Below, piece after piece: positions 10,047-20,387 of a DNA stretch of 64,000 nt. The notes under the pieces are model-generated. The model was given only the letters and a program-made list of their open reading frames with translations. It had not been told where the DNA came from and ran no database searches. Both the position numbers and the translations under genes were made by a program. How positions within the stretch are numbered: the stretch's first letter is position 1; each line of letters opens with the position of its first letter. The stretch is from Deltaproteobacteria bacterium (lineage in GTDB: Bacteria; Myxococcota_A; UBA9160; UBA4427), in NCBI GenBank assembly GCA_002691205.1, contig NZHD01000061.1:31696-95695 (forward strand), read 5' to 3'.

Positions 10047-11582
10047 CTATTTCTTTTTCTTTTTTCCTCGACTTTTTTGACGGGACTTGCGGGCTTGTTG
10101 GCGTTTGTTTTTGCGTTGCTTTTGGTTTTTTTCGCTCCGCATACGCCCGCTCCCGCCCATGGGCAGTTCCCCCATGCCCGCTCCCGCCAGCAGTGCGGCA
10201 GGGTCCATGGGCATTTCTCCCGGGGCCCCGCCCATCATTCCTCCCATCCCGGGAATTCGAGAAAGTAGACCGCCGGGTTTGCCAAGAGAGCCCATCATTT
10301 TTTTCATTTGTCCGAAACGTTCGATGAGCTCAGTGACCTCTTTTGGTTTGCGTCCGCTGCCTCGGGCGATTCTTTCGGCGCGGCTCTTGTTAATGACTTC
10401 GGGACGCGTTCGTTCTTCGCGAGTCATGGAATGAATGAGAGCCTGAACCTTTCCGAGTTCTCCGTCGTCGGCCTTGTCGGCCATTGACCCAAACATGGGG
10501 AGTTTGGCCATAACGTCCTTGAGTGGCCCCATCTTTTGAATCGTTCGCAGCTGAGTCATTAAATCGTCAAGAGTGAATTGGCCCTTTAGGATGCGTTCGG
10601 CATCTTCTTCAGCTTGTTTTTCGTCGACGACTTCTTCGAAGTCTTTGACCAAGCCGACCACGTCACCCATGCCTAGGATTCGAGAGGCTAGACCCTCTGG
10701 TCTAAATTCTTCGAGCCGGTCAACGGTTTCGCCTGTCCCCAGGAATTTGATTGGGACGCCTGTGACGGCTTTGACCGCGAGTGCAGCGCCGCCGCGGGCA
10801 TCGCCATCGAGCTTGGTCAGGACGACGCCGTCCAATGGAATCCTCTCCGCGAACGCTTGGGCCACATTGACCGCATCTCGTCCCATGAGAGCATCACAGA
10901 CGAGTAGGGTATTGGCGGGGTCCACCTCTTCTCTAATCTGCTCAAGTTCGTTCATGAGGTCGTCGTCGAGAGCCAGGCGTCCTGCAGTGTCGTAGATGAT
11001 GGCATCGAGGCCCTCTTGGCGGGCATATTGTCGAGCCTGCCCGCATATTTCGGGAGGGAGTTGTCCTTCCGAACCGGAATGCACAGGCACCTCGATGGAT
11101 TGTCCGAGGGTTTTGAGCTGGTCGACGGCCGCTGGACGGTAGATGTCTGCAGCGACGAGCAGTGGACGCTTTCCTTGCTTTTGGAGATGGCGGGCCAGCT
11201 TAGAGGCCACCGTTGTCTTGCCTACGCCTTGAAGACCAGCAAGCATAATCGATGTCACCCCGCTCGACGCGGCGAGGCTGGTGTCAATAGGGCCCATCAA
11301 TTCGGTGAGTTCTTGCTCGCAAACCCGAATAAAATGTTGTCCCGGCGTGACTTTGATCATTTGACCCGAGGCATCGCGCACTCGAGTTTCGACCTTATCG
11401 CCCAGGGATCGGTCTTTTACTCGGGCAAGAAAGTCTTTTACGACACCAAAGTCAACATCAGCTTCAAGCAGGGACATGCGCACGTCACGGAGCGCTTCGT
11501 CCACATTGGACGCATGCAGTTCGCGTACGCCGCGGAGCCGATCGGTGGCTGATTTGAAGCCCTGACTGATGGTTTCGAGCAT
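10047..11582 (-). CDS. ffh: signal recognition particle protein Ffh
   Basis: NG-domain motifs GLQGVGKTT, DTAGR and TKLDGDARGG. Gly/Met-rich M domain. Unusually long K/R/Q-rich C-terminal tail. Confidence 0.95.
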   Translation of the reverse strand: MLETISQGFKSATDRLRGVRELHASNVDEALRDVRMSLLEADVDFGVVKDFLARVKDRSLGDKVETRVRDASGQMIKVTPGQHFIRVCEQELTELMGPIDTSLAASSGVTSIMLAGLQGVGKTTVASKLARHLQKQGKRPLLVAADIYRPAAVDQLKTLGQSIEVPVHSGSEGQLPPEICGQARQYARQEGLDAIIYDTAGRLALDDDLMNELEQIREEVDPANTLLVCDALMGRDAVNVAQAFAERIPLDGVVLTKLDGDARGGAALAVKAVTGVPIKFLGTGETVDRLEEFRPEGLASRILGMGDVVGLVKDFEEVVDEKQAEEDAERILKGQFTLDDLMTQLRTIQKMGPLKDVMAKLPMFGSMADKADDGELGKVQALIHSMTREERTRPEVINKSRAERIARGSGRKPKEVTELIERFGQMKKMMGSLGKPGGLLSRIPGMGGMMGGAPGEMPMDPAALLAGAGMGELPMGGSGRMRSEKNQKQRKNKRQQARKSRQKSRGKKKKK

Positions 11583-11759
11583 GTTGATCTCCGTCGCAGA
11601 GGTAGCTTAGCAGTGGATGGGTCAATGAGAGGAGCGAATTGTCGTTTGGCTTCGTTTTTGGGGCCAAATACGAGCCACTTGCTGTCAGGCTCGGTGGCAT
11701 GCATGATGTCCTAAAGACCTAAGGGTGTCGAGGCATACGTTAAGGAGAAAGGAAGCGAT

Positions 11760-11975
11760 TTGACTGAAGTAGCCGCCGAAATTTCGGGGAGCGTATGGAA
11801 GATCGAGTGCAAGGTGGGAGATTCCGTGGAAGTCGAGCAGGTTCTCCTTATTCTCGAGTCGATGAAGATGGAAATTCCGGTTGAAGCTCCTTGTGCGGGA
11901 ACTGTTCAGGAGATTCGGGTGTCTGAAGGGGAGCACGTTGACGAGGATGCCGTGTTGGTCGTGCTTAAAAAATGA
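11760..11975 (+). CDS. stand-alone biotinyl/lipoyl carrier domain protein (71 aa)
   Basis: ESMKME attachment-lysine motif in a typical hammerhead-domain context (GTVQEIRVSEGEHV). TTG start. Stop overlaps the next ATG (ATGA 11972-11975). Confidence 0.65.
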   Translation: MTEVAAEISGSVWKIECKVGDSVEVEQVLLILESMKMEIPVEAPCAGTVQEIRVSEGEHVDEDAVLVVLKK

Positions 11976-12838
11976 GCGCACTCGACGGTTTACATGAAGA
12001 GCAGGTCGAGTTTGTGACTCGTCGCCAGTGCAACGATGTTCTTGATTATCTGTGCCGAACTCCAGTGGAAAATCTTTTTCTGATTGATCTGGTTCGAGAG
12101 CTATCTGAAAGTTGGCGTGACCTAGGGACTCAAATATTAGCGGTTTGGGTTAAGGGCGAGGTGGTGGGAGTGGTGTCGCTGAGGCCGAGTGTCTTCTTTG
12201 ATGCGGGCATCAAACCCAATACTTTGCTGGCTTGCTTTCCTTTTATCACGTCGGTGCCGTCAGGACTGATCAAGGGGAATCCTGATCAAGCCGATCCTGT
12301 TTGGGCGGCGCTGCGGGCGCGTGGTCGAAATGCTCAGATCGATCGATCTGAGACCGCCTATCTACATCGCCTAAAGGAATCCGACGAGGCGTTGAATAAG
12401 CTTCCGCCCCGGCATGTGATCGCTCGGTCGGCTGAATTGCATGACCTGCCATTTCTCATCGACGCCGCACGCGCCAGCTTGAGAGAGGAGTCTCGCCCCG
12501 ACCCCTTCGATGGAGACCCCTCGGGTTTTAAGCGTTGGGTGGCAAGCCGAGTGGAGAGGGCGAGATTGATCGAAGTGAATCGAGAACCTGTTTTCGTGGG
12601 ATATGCAGATGTACGGCAGCCCGAAGGGTGGTTGATTCAAGGCGTCTACACCCCTCCGCACGCGAGGCGGCTTGGATATGCTCGAGCGGGAATGAGTGCT
12701 TTGCTTCGTGAGGCTCGGGGGGCGGGGGCCAACCATGTTCAGTTGGCTGTCGTCGCGGGGAACCGTGCGGGCGTTCAATTGTATTCCGGATTGGGATTTC
12801 AGCCCTTTGCGGAGCTCAGAACGATCGTGTTCTCTTAA
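11972..12838 (+). CDS. GNAT-family N-acetyltransferase (two-domain)
   Basis: C-terminal GNAT core (RRLGYARAGMSALLREARGAGANHVQLAVVAGNRAGVQLYSGLGF). Translationally coupled to the biotinyl-domain ORF. Confidence 0.6.
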   Translation: MSALDGLHEEQVEFVTRRQCNDVLDYLCRTPVENLFLIDLVRELSESWRDLGTQILAVWVKGEVVGVVSLRPSVFFDAGIKPNTLLACFPFITSVPSGLIKGNPDQADPVWAALRARGRNAQIDRSETAYLHRLKESDEALNKLPPRHVIARSAELHDLPFLIDAARASLREESRPDPFDGDPSGFKRWVASRVERARLIEVNREPVFVGYADVRQPEGWLIQGVYTPPHARRLGYARAGMSALLREARGAGANHVQLAVVAGNRAGVQLYSGLGFQPFAELRTIVFS

Positions 12839-12976
12839 TCTTCAGGGCTGATCTGGAAAGCAAGGAATTAGCCTTCATCTTCCTGCAGGAGTGCGTTTGG
12901 CGGGGCATGAGCACCACTTATGGGTTCTTAAGTGGGAGTGATTGGCCATCCCGTGGGCACGTGATACACATCCCTC

Positions 12977-15694
12977 ATGGATCCCGAGGACCAGCCCCCT
13001 TTAAACGCTCTTCATTCCCCAGATGAGGGAGCGGAGAAGCATTCAGACTCTCCGGAGAGAAACGAGCTTGGCTCCAGAGTGAAGCACGCCGACTCGGCCA
13101 TGGTTACGCGTTTCAACCTTTTCTTTCGTGCCTTTGCGCGAAAGTTTTTCAGTCATTTTGATCTGGAAAAGGCAGACGTCAGCCGCCTTTTGGAGTTGGA
13201 GGCGCGCGGCACGGTGATTTACGTGATGCGGTATTCGAGCCGTCTCGATTACTTGCTGTTGAATACTCTTTTTCTTCGAGAGGGCTTGAGGCTTTCTAGT
13301 TTTGCCAATGGGATTCGATTCACGATGTATCGACCCGTTTTTTCGATCCTGCGCAATTTTTTTTCAAGGAAGCGAGGGCAATCTCGGGCGATCGAGCATG
13401 GCGAAGATCAGCGCTGGGTTCGTCGGTGCACCCGCGAGGGGACGTCGTTTTTCTTGTTTCTACGGACACAGCGTTTGCGAACATTTTGGCGCGGCCTTTG
13501 GCGTATGCGGCATCGACAGGATGAGTTAGACCTAATGCAGGAAGTGATCCGTGAGTCGTGGGGACAGACTGAGGAGGTTTTCATTGTCCCGCTGTCTTTG
13601 TTCTGGCGTAAAGGCCCGCGGACATCGAGTCGGTTCTTGAATCTTAATTATGGATCTCTTTCTCGACCCTCAGACGTCGCAAAGGTAACCGCTTTTCTGC
13701 TCACATACCGAAGCCTGTCGGTCAAGATCGGAGAGCCCATCGACTTGGCGAAGTATATTCGTGAGCATCGAGACGACGGCCAAAAGCGGGTGACGAAGAC
13801 CGTTAGGCGCTCCCTATTGATTCATTTTTATCGAGAGGAAAAAGTGGTTGAAGGGCCGACTCTTCGGTCCTCCCAGAGGGTCCTCCGCGAGATTATGTCT
13901 GACAAGGGGGTACAGCGAGCGATACAGGCCCGGGGAGGGCAAAAGCGAAGCTCGCAAAGCAAAGCCGAGAAGGAGGCCGAAAAAGCTTTCAGAGAGATTG
14001 CGGCCAGAATGAACTCGACGCTTTTTGCAGCTCTAGCCATCGTGGTGGGTTGGATTGTGAAAAAGCTTTTTTCAGACGTGGAGACTCGAGGTTTATCTGA
14101 GGTGGCTGAGTACGCAAAGCTTCATCCCATCGTGCTGGTCCCCGCCCATCGATCTTATTTTGACTTTCTTCTTTTGTCTCTTTTGTTTTACAACAGTTAT
14201 CTGGTTCCGCCTCATATTGCGGCTCGAGATAACATGGGCTTTGGACCCTTCGGCTTGATTTTTCGCATGGCCGGTGCGTTTTATTTAAGGCGTTCTTTTG
14301 ATGACCCGCTCTACAAGCAAGTTTTCCGAGCGTATGTGGCCTATCTCGTCCGTGAAGGGTTTACTCAGGAGTTCTTCATCGAGGGAGGCCGGTCGAGGAC
14401 TGGCAAGACCCTGGTCCCGCGTCTCGGAATGCTGAGCTGGAATGTGGATGCCTTTCTTGAGTCCTCCCGCCACGACCTTTTCTTCGTTCCCATCGCCATT
14501 ACCTATGAGCGGCTGGTGGAAGAGAGTGGAATGATTGATGAGCTTGCGGGCGGGAAAAAAAAGCGTGAAAGCACATGGGGTTTATTCAGAGCTCGAAAAT
14601 ATTTGGGCCGACGCTTTGGTTCCGTGCACATTGATTTTGGCGAACCGATTTCTCTCGCGGCGAGTTTGGATCACCGTCGTGAGAGTTTTCAGAAAGCCGT
14701 ACGCGACGAGATTAGCGGGATTAGTGAAGAGGATCATGAAGGTCGACTCCAAGCCATCGAGGAGGAAAAACGGCGTTTCGTCAAAGACCTTGGGAATCGA
14801 GTGGTTGAGGCCATAAACTGGAACGCGACTGCCAACGCGACCTCGATTGTCTCGGCGGCTCTGATGGGCGCTCCCCATTCTGGACTCATGCGACCCATTC
14901 TTGTGGAGCGTGTCCAGCAGTTGGTGGACCTTCTGAGCTGGGAGGACGCGCGGGTCACGGCGGCTCTCTGGGCGGATCGCGGCGAATTCGAGGAATCCAT
15001 CGCCTTCATGATTCGAAATGAACTCGTCTGTCTCGTTGACAATTTTGGCCAAGAAATGATCTATTACGAGGAATCTCGAAGGCATGCGCTTGATCTTTAC
15101 CGCAATAGCATCGTTCACTACCTGGCGATTCCGAGTTTCTTGTCACGGTGCCTGTTGCGGGGGGGGACTCTTTTTGAGATTCAGGCCTCAGTCTCGCGGT
15201 GGCTCGATCTCTACTATTCCGAGTTCTTTGTTCCTGGGGAACGCTCCTCGGCTGATGCTTTAGGTGTCTTGATTGGGCATTTCGAGTCCGCGGGGTGGGC
15301 CAAGAATGTGGATGGAGTTTGGTCAGTCTCGGTTCAGGGAATGGAAATTCTCCATTGCCTCGCGGCCCAGACTCAGAATTTCATTGAAATCTATGAGTGC
15401 GTTTTTCACGTAATTTTGGTCAACGAGGGTGAAATCGATCGCGGTCGGGTGCTGAGCGAGTCTCAGGAGGCTCTCATCCATGCGCGCCATTTAGGCAAGG
15501 CGGGCCGGCCTGAAGCGGCGGGAGACACAAGTCAGGGAAATTCCATAGATTGGCTGGTGGCGCAGGGTATTTTGGCGGTGGATTCGGGCTCTAAGGGGGG
15601 GGCTGGGCCAGAAACCTTGTATTCCCAGGGCGATTCTTGGGATCGGCTGGCTGAATTGCATATGCATCTGGCTAAAGAGGCCTCTGCCCTGTAG
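12977..15694 (+). CDS. plsB: glycerol-3-phosphate acyltransferase, PlsB type
   Basis: 905 aa. HRSYFDF (HX4D acyltransferase motif) and [12 protein letters not shown] motif. Confidence 0.9.
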   Translation: MDPEDQPPLNALHSPDEGAEKHSDSPERNELGSRVKHADSAMVTRFNLFFRAFARKFFSHFDLEKADVSRLLELEARGTVIYVMRYSSRLDYLLLNTLFLREGLRLSSFANGIRFTMYRPVFSILRNFFSRKRGQSRAIEHGEDQRWVRRCTREGTSFFLFLRTQRLRTFWRGLWRMRHRQDELDLMQEVIRESWGQTEEVFIVPLSLFWRKGPRTSSRFLNLNYGSLSRPSDVAKVTAFLLTYRSLSVKIGEPIDLAKYIREHRDDGQKRVTKTVRRSLLIHFYREEKVVEGPTLRSSQRVLREIMSDKGVQRAIQARGGQKRSSQSKAEKEAEKAFREIAARMNSTLFAALAIVVGWIVKKLFSDVETRGLSEVAEYAKLHPIVLVPAHRSYFDFLLLSLLFYNSYLVPPHIAARDNMGFGPFGLIFRMAGAFYLRRSFDDPLYKQVFRAYVAYLVREGFTQEFFIEGGRSRTGKTLVPRLGMLSWNVDAFLESSRHDLFFVPIAITYERLVEESGMIDELAGGKKKRESTWGLFRARKYLGRRFGSVHIDFGEPISLAASLDHRRESFQKAVRDEISGISEEDHEGRLQAIEEEKRRFVKDLGNRVVEAINWNATANATSIVSAALMGAPHSGLMRPILVERVQQLVDLLSWEDARVTAALWADRGEFEESIAFMIRNELVCLVDNFGQEMIYYEESRRHALDLYRNSIVHYLAIPSFLSRCLLRGGTLFEIQASVSRWLDLYYSEFFVPGERSSADALGVLIGHFESAGWAKNVDGVWSVSVQGMEILHCLAAQTQNFIEIYECVFHVILVNEGEIDRGRVLSESQEALIHARHLGKAGRPEAAGDTSQGNSIDWLVAQGILAVDSGSKGGAGPETLYSQGDSWDRLAELHMHLAKEASAL

Positions 15695-15744
15695 GTTTGC
15701 CCGTTCTCGCGCCTCCTTTTTTGGTGCTAGGAGATAAATATTTT

Positions 15745-16131
15745 ATGGACCCAATCGATCTGCTCGATTTTGACAAATCCGGGGGTCTCGTGACGGCGAT
15801 TGCTCAGGACGCGAAGACCGGCGAAATCTTAATGGTGGCGAACATGAATCCAGAGGCGTTTCTACGAAGTATGGAAACGGGAGAAGTGGTCTACTGGAGT
15901 CGAAGTCGGAAGAAGCTCTGGCACAAAGGTGAGGAGAGTGGCAACGTTCAGCGCATTAAAGAAGTTTTCATCGACTGCGATGGGGACGTTGTTATGTTGA
16001 AGGTCGAGCAGGTAGGTGATGCGGCATGTCACACTGGTCGGCGAAGTTGTTTCTACCGTCGGCTTGATGGAGCTGAAGTCGAAGATGTGGGCGTGATGGT
16101 TTTTGATCCGAAAGAGGTGTACGGAAAATGA
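15745..16131 (+). CDS. hisI: phosphoribosyl-AMP cyclohydrolase (monofunctional, no HisE domain)
   Basis: Motifs [17 protein letters not shown] and DCDGD..ACHTG. ATG 15745 with AGGAG upstream is preferred over the TTG at 15697. ATGA overlap with hisG. Confidence 0.9.
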   Translation: MDPIDLLDFDKSGGLVTAIAQDAKTGEILMVANMNPEAFLRSMETGEVVYWSRSRKKLWHKGEESGNVQRIKEVFIDCDGDVVMLKVEQVGDAACHTGRRSCFYRRLDGAEVEDVGVMVFDPKEVYGK

Positions 16132-17006
16132 GTGAAGGGCCAAAGCTGCGGCTTGCTCTGCCTAAGGGCAGTCTCCAGGACACGACCATCGAGGTCTTCC
16201 GGCGAGCGGGCTATTCAATTCGTGTGACAAGTCGATCGTATTACCCCTCGATTGATGACCCTGATATCGAGTGTATTTTGATTCGTCCGCAAGAAATGGC
16301 GAGGTATATTGAACAGGGCGTGATGGATTGCGGAATCACGGGACTTGACTGGGTTCTTGAAAGCGGAGCCGATGTTCAAGAACTCGCTGATTTGAAAGCG
16401 CCCCTACCGAATTATGGTTCCGTGCGCTGGATCCTAGCGGTGAAAGATCACTCGCCGTTTCAGTCTCCAAAGGACCTAGAGGGAAAGCGGATTGCGACTG
16501 AAGTCATGGGGCTGACCAAGCGGTATCTGGCCGATCAAGGTTTTACCGCTCAGCTGGAATTTTCTTGGGGAGCGACTGAGGTCAAGCCTCCCATCTTGGC
16601 GGATGCCATCGTCGATGTCACGGAGACGGGTTCAAGCTTGCGGGCCAATCAACTTCGCGTGATCGATACGCTGCTTGAGAGTACCCCGCGTTTTGTTGCG
16701 AATCATGCGGCTTGTGAAGACCCTTGGAAGCGAGCCAAGATGGATCGGATGCTGATGCTCATGCGAGGAGCCATCGCGGCGACGACTCGTGTGGGACTGT
16801 CTATGAATGTGCCTCGTGAGCGCTTAGACGCTGTGCTTAAGCTTCTGCCGCCAGGTGCGCCAACCCTGTCTCCGTTGGCGGATGAGGCTTGGGTGGATGT
16901 TTTCGTGATTATCGACGAAGTGCGTGTTCGCGAGATTGTTCCCTCTCTTCATGAAGCCGGCGCACGAGTTCTGATCGAAACAGCGCTCAGTAAGATCATC
17001 GACTGA
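16128..17006 (+). CDS. hisG: ATP phosphoribosyltransferase, long form with C-terminal regulatory domain
   Basis: 292 aa. [11 protein letters not shown]-terminus, DLTETGSSL-like [13 protein letters not shown], and a HisG_C-like tail. Confidence 0.9.
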   Translation: MSEGPKLRLALPKGSLQDTTIEVFRRAGYSIRVTSRSYYPSIDDPDIECILIRPQEMARYIEQGVMDCGITGLDWVLESGADVQELADLKAPLPNYGSVRWILAVKDHSPFQSPKDLEGKRIATEVMGLTKRYLADQGFTAQLEFSWGATEVKPPILADAIVDVTETGSSLRANQLRVIDTLLESTPRFVANHAACEDPWKRAKMDRMLMLMRGAIAATTRVGLSMNVPRERLDAVLKLLPPGAPTLSPLADEAWVDVFVIIDEVRVREIVPSLHEAGARVLIETALSKIID

Positions 17007-17009
17007 CGG

Positions 17010-17597
17010 GTGAGTCGGCTTAGAAACCTGGCAGCGCTTCCCTACGACTATTTGAGCACTTTTTACTGGGGGCTCTTTTCTCCTCGCTTGACAGAGGACA
17101 GCCCCCTTGTTGTCCATCAGGCGGTGGTTTTGAATGAGGGGGCCGAAGGGCTTGAGATTTTACTCTCTGTGCGCAGTGATGTACGAGGCTGGGAATTGCC
17201 CGGGGGCCGAGTTGAAGATGGAGAGGACCCCCTAGACGGTCTGGTTCGAGAAGTCGAGGAAGAGACAGGCTTCTGGGTCGAAGCGGACCGACATGTGGGC
17301 GATTACGTCCGAACTGGCTTTCGGCCCCACACCGCTCGAGTGTATCTCTGCCATGTGATCGGGGGGCAGAGGCGGCTCAGTTCCGAGACCTTAGATGTGG
17401 GGTGGTTCGATACGACTCGATTGCCGAGGATGCTCTTGCCTTGGTACCGGCAGCCGATTGCGGATGGGCTGTCCCAGGGCGAACAAGTCCATCGGCGTTT
17501 GGAGCATCAGGGTCTGCAATCGATTTATTCGGCGGTGGCGATTGATTTTCGGATGCGGTGGTCTGGCCAGGGGGTGACGCCGGGGAGACGGTCTTGA
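17010..17597 (+). CDS. NUDIX hydrolase
   Basis: Complete Nudix box GGRVEDGEDPLDGLVREVEEETGF. GTG start 3 nt after the hisG stop. Confidence 0.8.
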   Translation: MSRLRNLAALPYDYLSTFYWGLFSPRLTEDSPLVVHQAVVLNEGAEGLEILLSVRSDVRGWELPGGRVEDGEDPLDGLVREVEEETGFWVEADRHVGDYVRTGFRPHTARVYLCHVIGGQRRLSSETLDVGWFDTTRLPRMLLPWYRQPIADGLSQGEQVHRRLEHQGLQSIYSAVAIDFRMRWSGQGVTPGRRS

Positions 17598-19066
17598 AGG
17601 TCGCACTGAGTTTTATTTTATTGGCTGTGTTGACGGGGCTCGGAATCCTGGTCTTCGGGGCGCTGAGTCTGCGGTCTTTGCCCGAGACAGAGAGGTCTCC
17701 CGTGCCCCCTCGATTCGACTCGGTTGAAATGTTAGAAAGGTTTCGAGATGGATTGCGAATTCCGACTATTTCTCAGCAACCCGGCCAGGCGACGAACGGG
17801 GCGGCCTTCTTGGCTTTCCGTGCTCTTCTGGAGCGCTCCTTTCCAAGAGTTCATGCTGAGTTAGAAAAAGAACTGATTTCGAACCATACCTTGGTCTTTA
17901 AATGGTTAGGTCAGGTGCCATCGGGTCCAGCCACGGTTTTGCTGGCGCATCAGGATGTCGTTCCCGTAGACGGCGAAAATGAGGATCAGTGGACTCACCC
18001 TCCATTCGCCGCTCAGATCGATGACGGATATGTGTGGGCTCGGGGCGCATTGGACGATAAGTTGGGATTATTTGCCATCCTCGAGGCCGTTGAAATTCTC
18101 ATTCAGGAGGGTTTTGTGCCCCAGCGAACCCTTTATCTCGTATTTGGTCATGATGAAGAACTGGGCGGGGCTCATGGAGCTTCGGAGGTTGCGCGACTCT
18201 TCGTTGAGCGAGACATCTCTCTAGGCCTTGTCCTAGACGAGGGAGGGGCTTTGACTGAGGGCCAGGTGCCCGGAGTGGACCAGCCAGTAGCCCTCGTGGG
18301 TGCGGCTGAGAAGGGTTACTTGACTGCTTTGCTGGAAGTGAAAAGTTTGGGGGGGCATTCATCGGCGCCGCCGGCGGAGACCGCAATCGGCATTTTGGCA
18401 AAGGCGATTAGCCGTCTTGAAGAGACGCCTTTTGAAGCTCATCTCGACGAGGTGGGGCGCGCTTTCTTTGAAAGAGGCATTGGTCCTTCAAGTACCTTTG
18501 GTATGCAGCTGGTGTACGGCAACCTATGGTTTTTTGAACCCATTTTGTTGAAGGTCCTCGAGTCCAACCCGACGACAGCCGCCATGGTCCGGACGACGGT
18601 TGCGCCGACCATGATGAAAGCGGGAACGAAAGAGAACGTTTTGCCGACACAGGCGATGGCGTTGGTTAATTTTCGAATTTTTCCGGGTGAAACCGAAGAA
18701 AGCGTGCTTGAAGAGGCCCGTCGTATCGTGGCCGATCCACGGGTTGCTCTGAGAGCTCTTGCGGCGGGGCGAGCACCGTCACCTGCGTCTTCGCTTGACT
18801 CCCAGGCGTGGCGGACTCTTGAGCGCACCATCTACGAGTTATTCCCCGAAGCCATCGTGGCCCCTTATTTGGTTCTCGGTGGGACCGACTCTCGTTATTT
18901 CCGTTCGCGATGTGATTGTGTGTATCGGTTCTTACCGGTACGACTCGGCGCTGACAGCATGAGTTTGATCCACGGGACGAATGAGCGAGTCGCCGCAACA
19001 AGTCTGGTTGAGGCGGCGCATTTCTACCATCAGCTCATCCAAAATGCTGACTCGGCCGCCTTCTAG
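17558..19066 (+). CDS. M20-family metallopeptidase (carboxypeptidase/dipeptidase-like), N-terminal membrane anchor
   Basis: M20 motifs LLAHQDVVP, GALDDK, and HDEELGG. The start is uncertain. A TTG at 17594 overlaps the NUDIX stop (TTGA) and would give an N-terminal TM helix KVALSFILLAVLTGLGILVFG. Confidence 0.8.
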   Translation: MVWPGGDAGETVLKVALSFILLAVLTGLGILVFGALSLRSLPETERSPVPPRFDSVEMLERFRDGLRIPTISQQPGQATNGAAFLAFRALLERSFPRVHAELEKELISNHTLVFKWLGQVPSGPATVLLAHQDVVPVDGENEDQWTHPPFAAQIDDGYVWARGALDDKLGLFAILEAVEILIQEGFVPQRTLYLVFGHDEELGGAHGASEVARLFVERDISLGLVLDEGGALTEGQVPGVDQPVALVGAAEKGYLTALLEVKSLGGHSSAPPAETAIGILAKAISRLEETPFEAHLDEVGRAFFERGIGPSSTFGMQLVYGNLWFFEPILLKVLESNPTTAAMVRTTVAPTMMKAGTKENVLPTQAMALVNFRIFPGETEESVLEEARRIVADPRVALRALAAGRAPSPASSLDSQAWRTLERTIYELFPEAIVAPYLVLGGTDSRYFRSRCDCVYRFLPVRLGADSMSLIHGTNERVAATSLVEAAHFYHQLIQNADSAAF

Positions 19067-19148
19067 GTCAGCGCGTCACGATCTCGACGCCTGAAACACC
19101 TATGGGACTGGATCGTCTCCGTCAGAGAGGTTTACTCGGCCTGACTTC

Positions 19149-19667
19149 TTAGCCGATCTGCTCTCGCAGTCCGCTGGCTTCCCATTCTTTCGAGAGCTGC
19201 TGAAGTTTGAGTGCGAACTCATCGAAGGGGTCGTCGAACGAGAGAATGATTTCCGTTGTTCGAGGGATGTCATCGCCGTTGAGAAGACCTCGGTAGCGGT
19301 TGAGATTGGCGAGAATGGCCTCGGCGACTTTGAGGGCTCGTTTTTCTGTTTTGATGAGAGGGGACTGAAGAGTGTAGACATTGTTCCGTCCCCAAAGGCT
19401 TTCGTCCCGGACGATGCCGATCTCGCGGTATACCCCATTGATCGGGTCGAAGTTGTATTCCACACGGACTTCTTTGAAGATGTCTGTGTTCCCGGTATAA
19501 AAACCACGTTCTTTCTCCACCTTGCCGAGTTCACGGCATCGGGGGCAATAGAATGTGTCTCCATGATTGAGGAGAAACACGCCTTTGGCATAGTCCTCGC
19601 AATCCGTGTTCTCGCAGTATCCGACGCCCCGCTTCATACTGGCCATCTTATGTCGCACTGCCTCCAT
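19149..19667 (-). CDS. hypothetical protein with N-terminal zinc-ribbon (CxxxC..CxxC)
   Basis: 172-aa ORF flanked by non-coding DNA. Contains CENTDCEDY...YCPRCRE. I recognise no family. The start codon is ambiguous (M1/M8/M11). Confidence 0.5.
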   Translation of the reverse strand: MEAVRHKMASMKRGVGYCENTDCEDYAKGVFLLNHGDTFYCPRCRELGKVEKERGFYTGNTDIFKEVRVEYNFDPINGVYREIGIVRDESLWGRNNVYTLQSPLIKTEKRALKVAEAILANLNRYRGLLNGDDIPRTTEIILSFDDPFDEFALKLQQLSKEWEASGLREQIG

Positions 19668-19972
19668 ATCGAGTCCCGAACTCGACTTCTGAAGAGAAGG
19701 CTCCTGGGGGAGTTTTCTCGAATATTTTTTGATGCCCCGTTCTCATTTGGGGCGAAGTAGTTCCCGATATGACTCTATCTGAAAATTAATTCTTATCCGC
19801 TTACGCAGTCTTATTCGTATTGAGGGTCTTCAGTGAGCAAGGTTCGTGCCGGAAAAGCGACACGATTTTTGAATGGTCTCCTCGACATCGGTTTACCACG
19901 TCTCTTGCCGACTCCCTGCACGGTTCTTAGGGCGGACAGTCCTTCAGAGCACAGAAGCGCAAGGAGATTTGA

Positions 19973-20158
19973 GTGAAGCCGGCTACCGCCTTGAATCCGA
20001 CGCCGCAATTTTCTTCATACTCAGTAATGGATTACCAAGAGGCAATTGAAGACTCTTTTGCGGAGTCGCTTTGTGGGAAAACCCTCATCGCTGGATTACT
20101 GGGGGAGCTGGCCAAAAAACCTTGCACTCTCAAAGGTCTACAGCCTTGCACTCCTTGA
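19973..20158 (+). CDS. candidate small protein (61 aa), unknown function
   Basis: AAGGAG (19961-19966) lies 6 nt upstream of GTG 19973. I recognise no homology, so support comes from the SD spacing only. Confidence 0.3.
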   Translation: MKPATALNPTPQFSSYSVMDYQEAIEDSFAESLCGKTLIAGLLGELAKKPCTLKGLQPCTP

Positions 20159-20180
20159 TACCGCGTGTCGGCCCCGCCTG

Positions 20181-20387
20181 TCAACCAGTATTAGAAGACC
20201 TGTGTGCCTTCTGGACCACTGTTGATCGATGACGTGCGTTCTCGCGCGCCAAGGCGGCTCCATAGGCCACTAGGGCCGCGGCTGTCACAAAGTAGGCTGC
20301 GATGGCATATCCCATGATGGGCTCCTTGTCCTGCGGGGGGCGAACGTTTTGCTCGCCGTTCCTGATCTGGCTTTTGAGTGGAATCAC
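20181..20387 (-). CDS. ccmD: heme exporter protein CcmD (small membrane protein)
   Basis: Sits immediately after ccmC. Core MGYAIAAYFVTAAALVAYGAAL resembles the CcmD helix. Two possible starts: GTG 20387 overlapping the ccmC stop (GTGA), or ATG 20315 with GGAG 8 nt upstream. Confidence 0.55.
   Translation of the reverse strand: MIPLKSQIRNGEQNVRPPQDKEPIMGYAIAAYFVTAAALVAYGAALARENARHRSTVVQKAHRSSNTG

Noticed and set aside
10031-10995. The + strand ORFs (98, 115 and 140 aa) opposite ffh
   Set aside because: These are antisense shadow ORFs inside a strongly supported ffh gene. Their translations are Pro/Ser/Arg-rich with no motifs.
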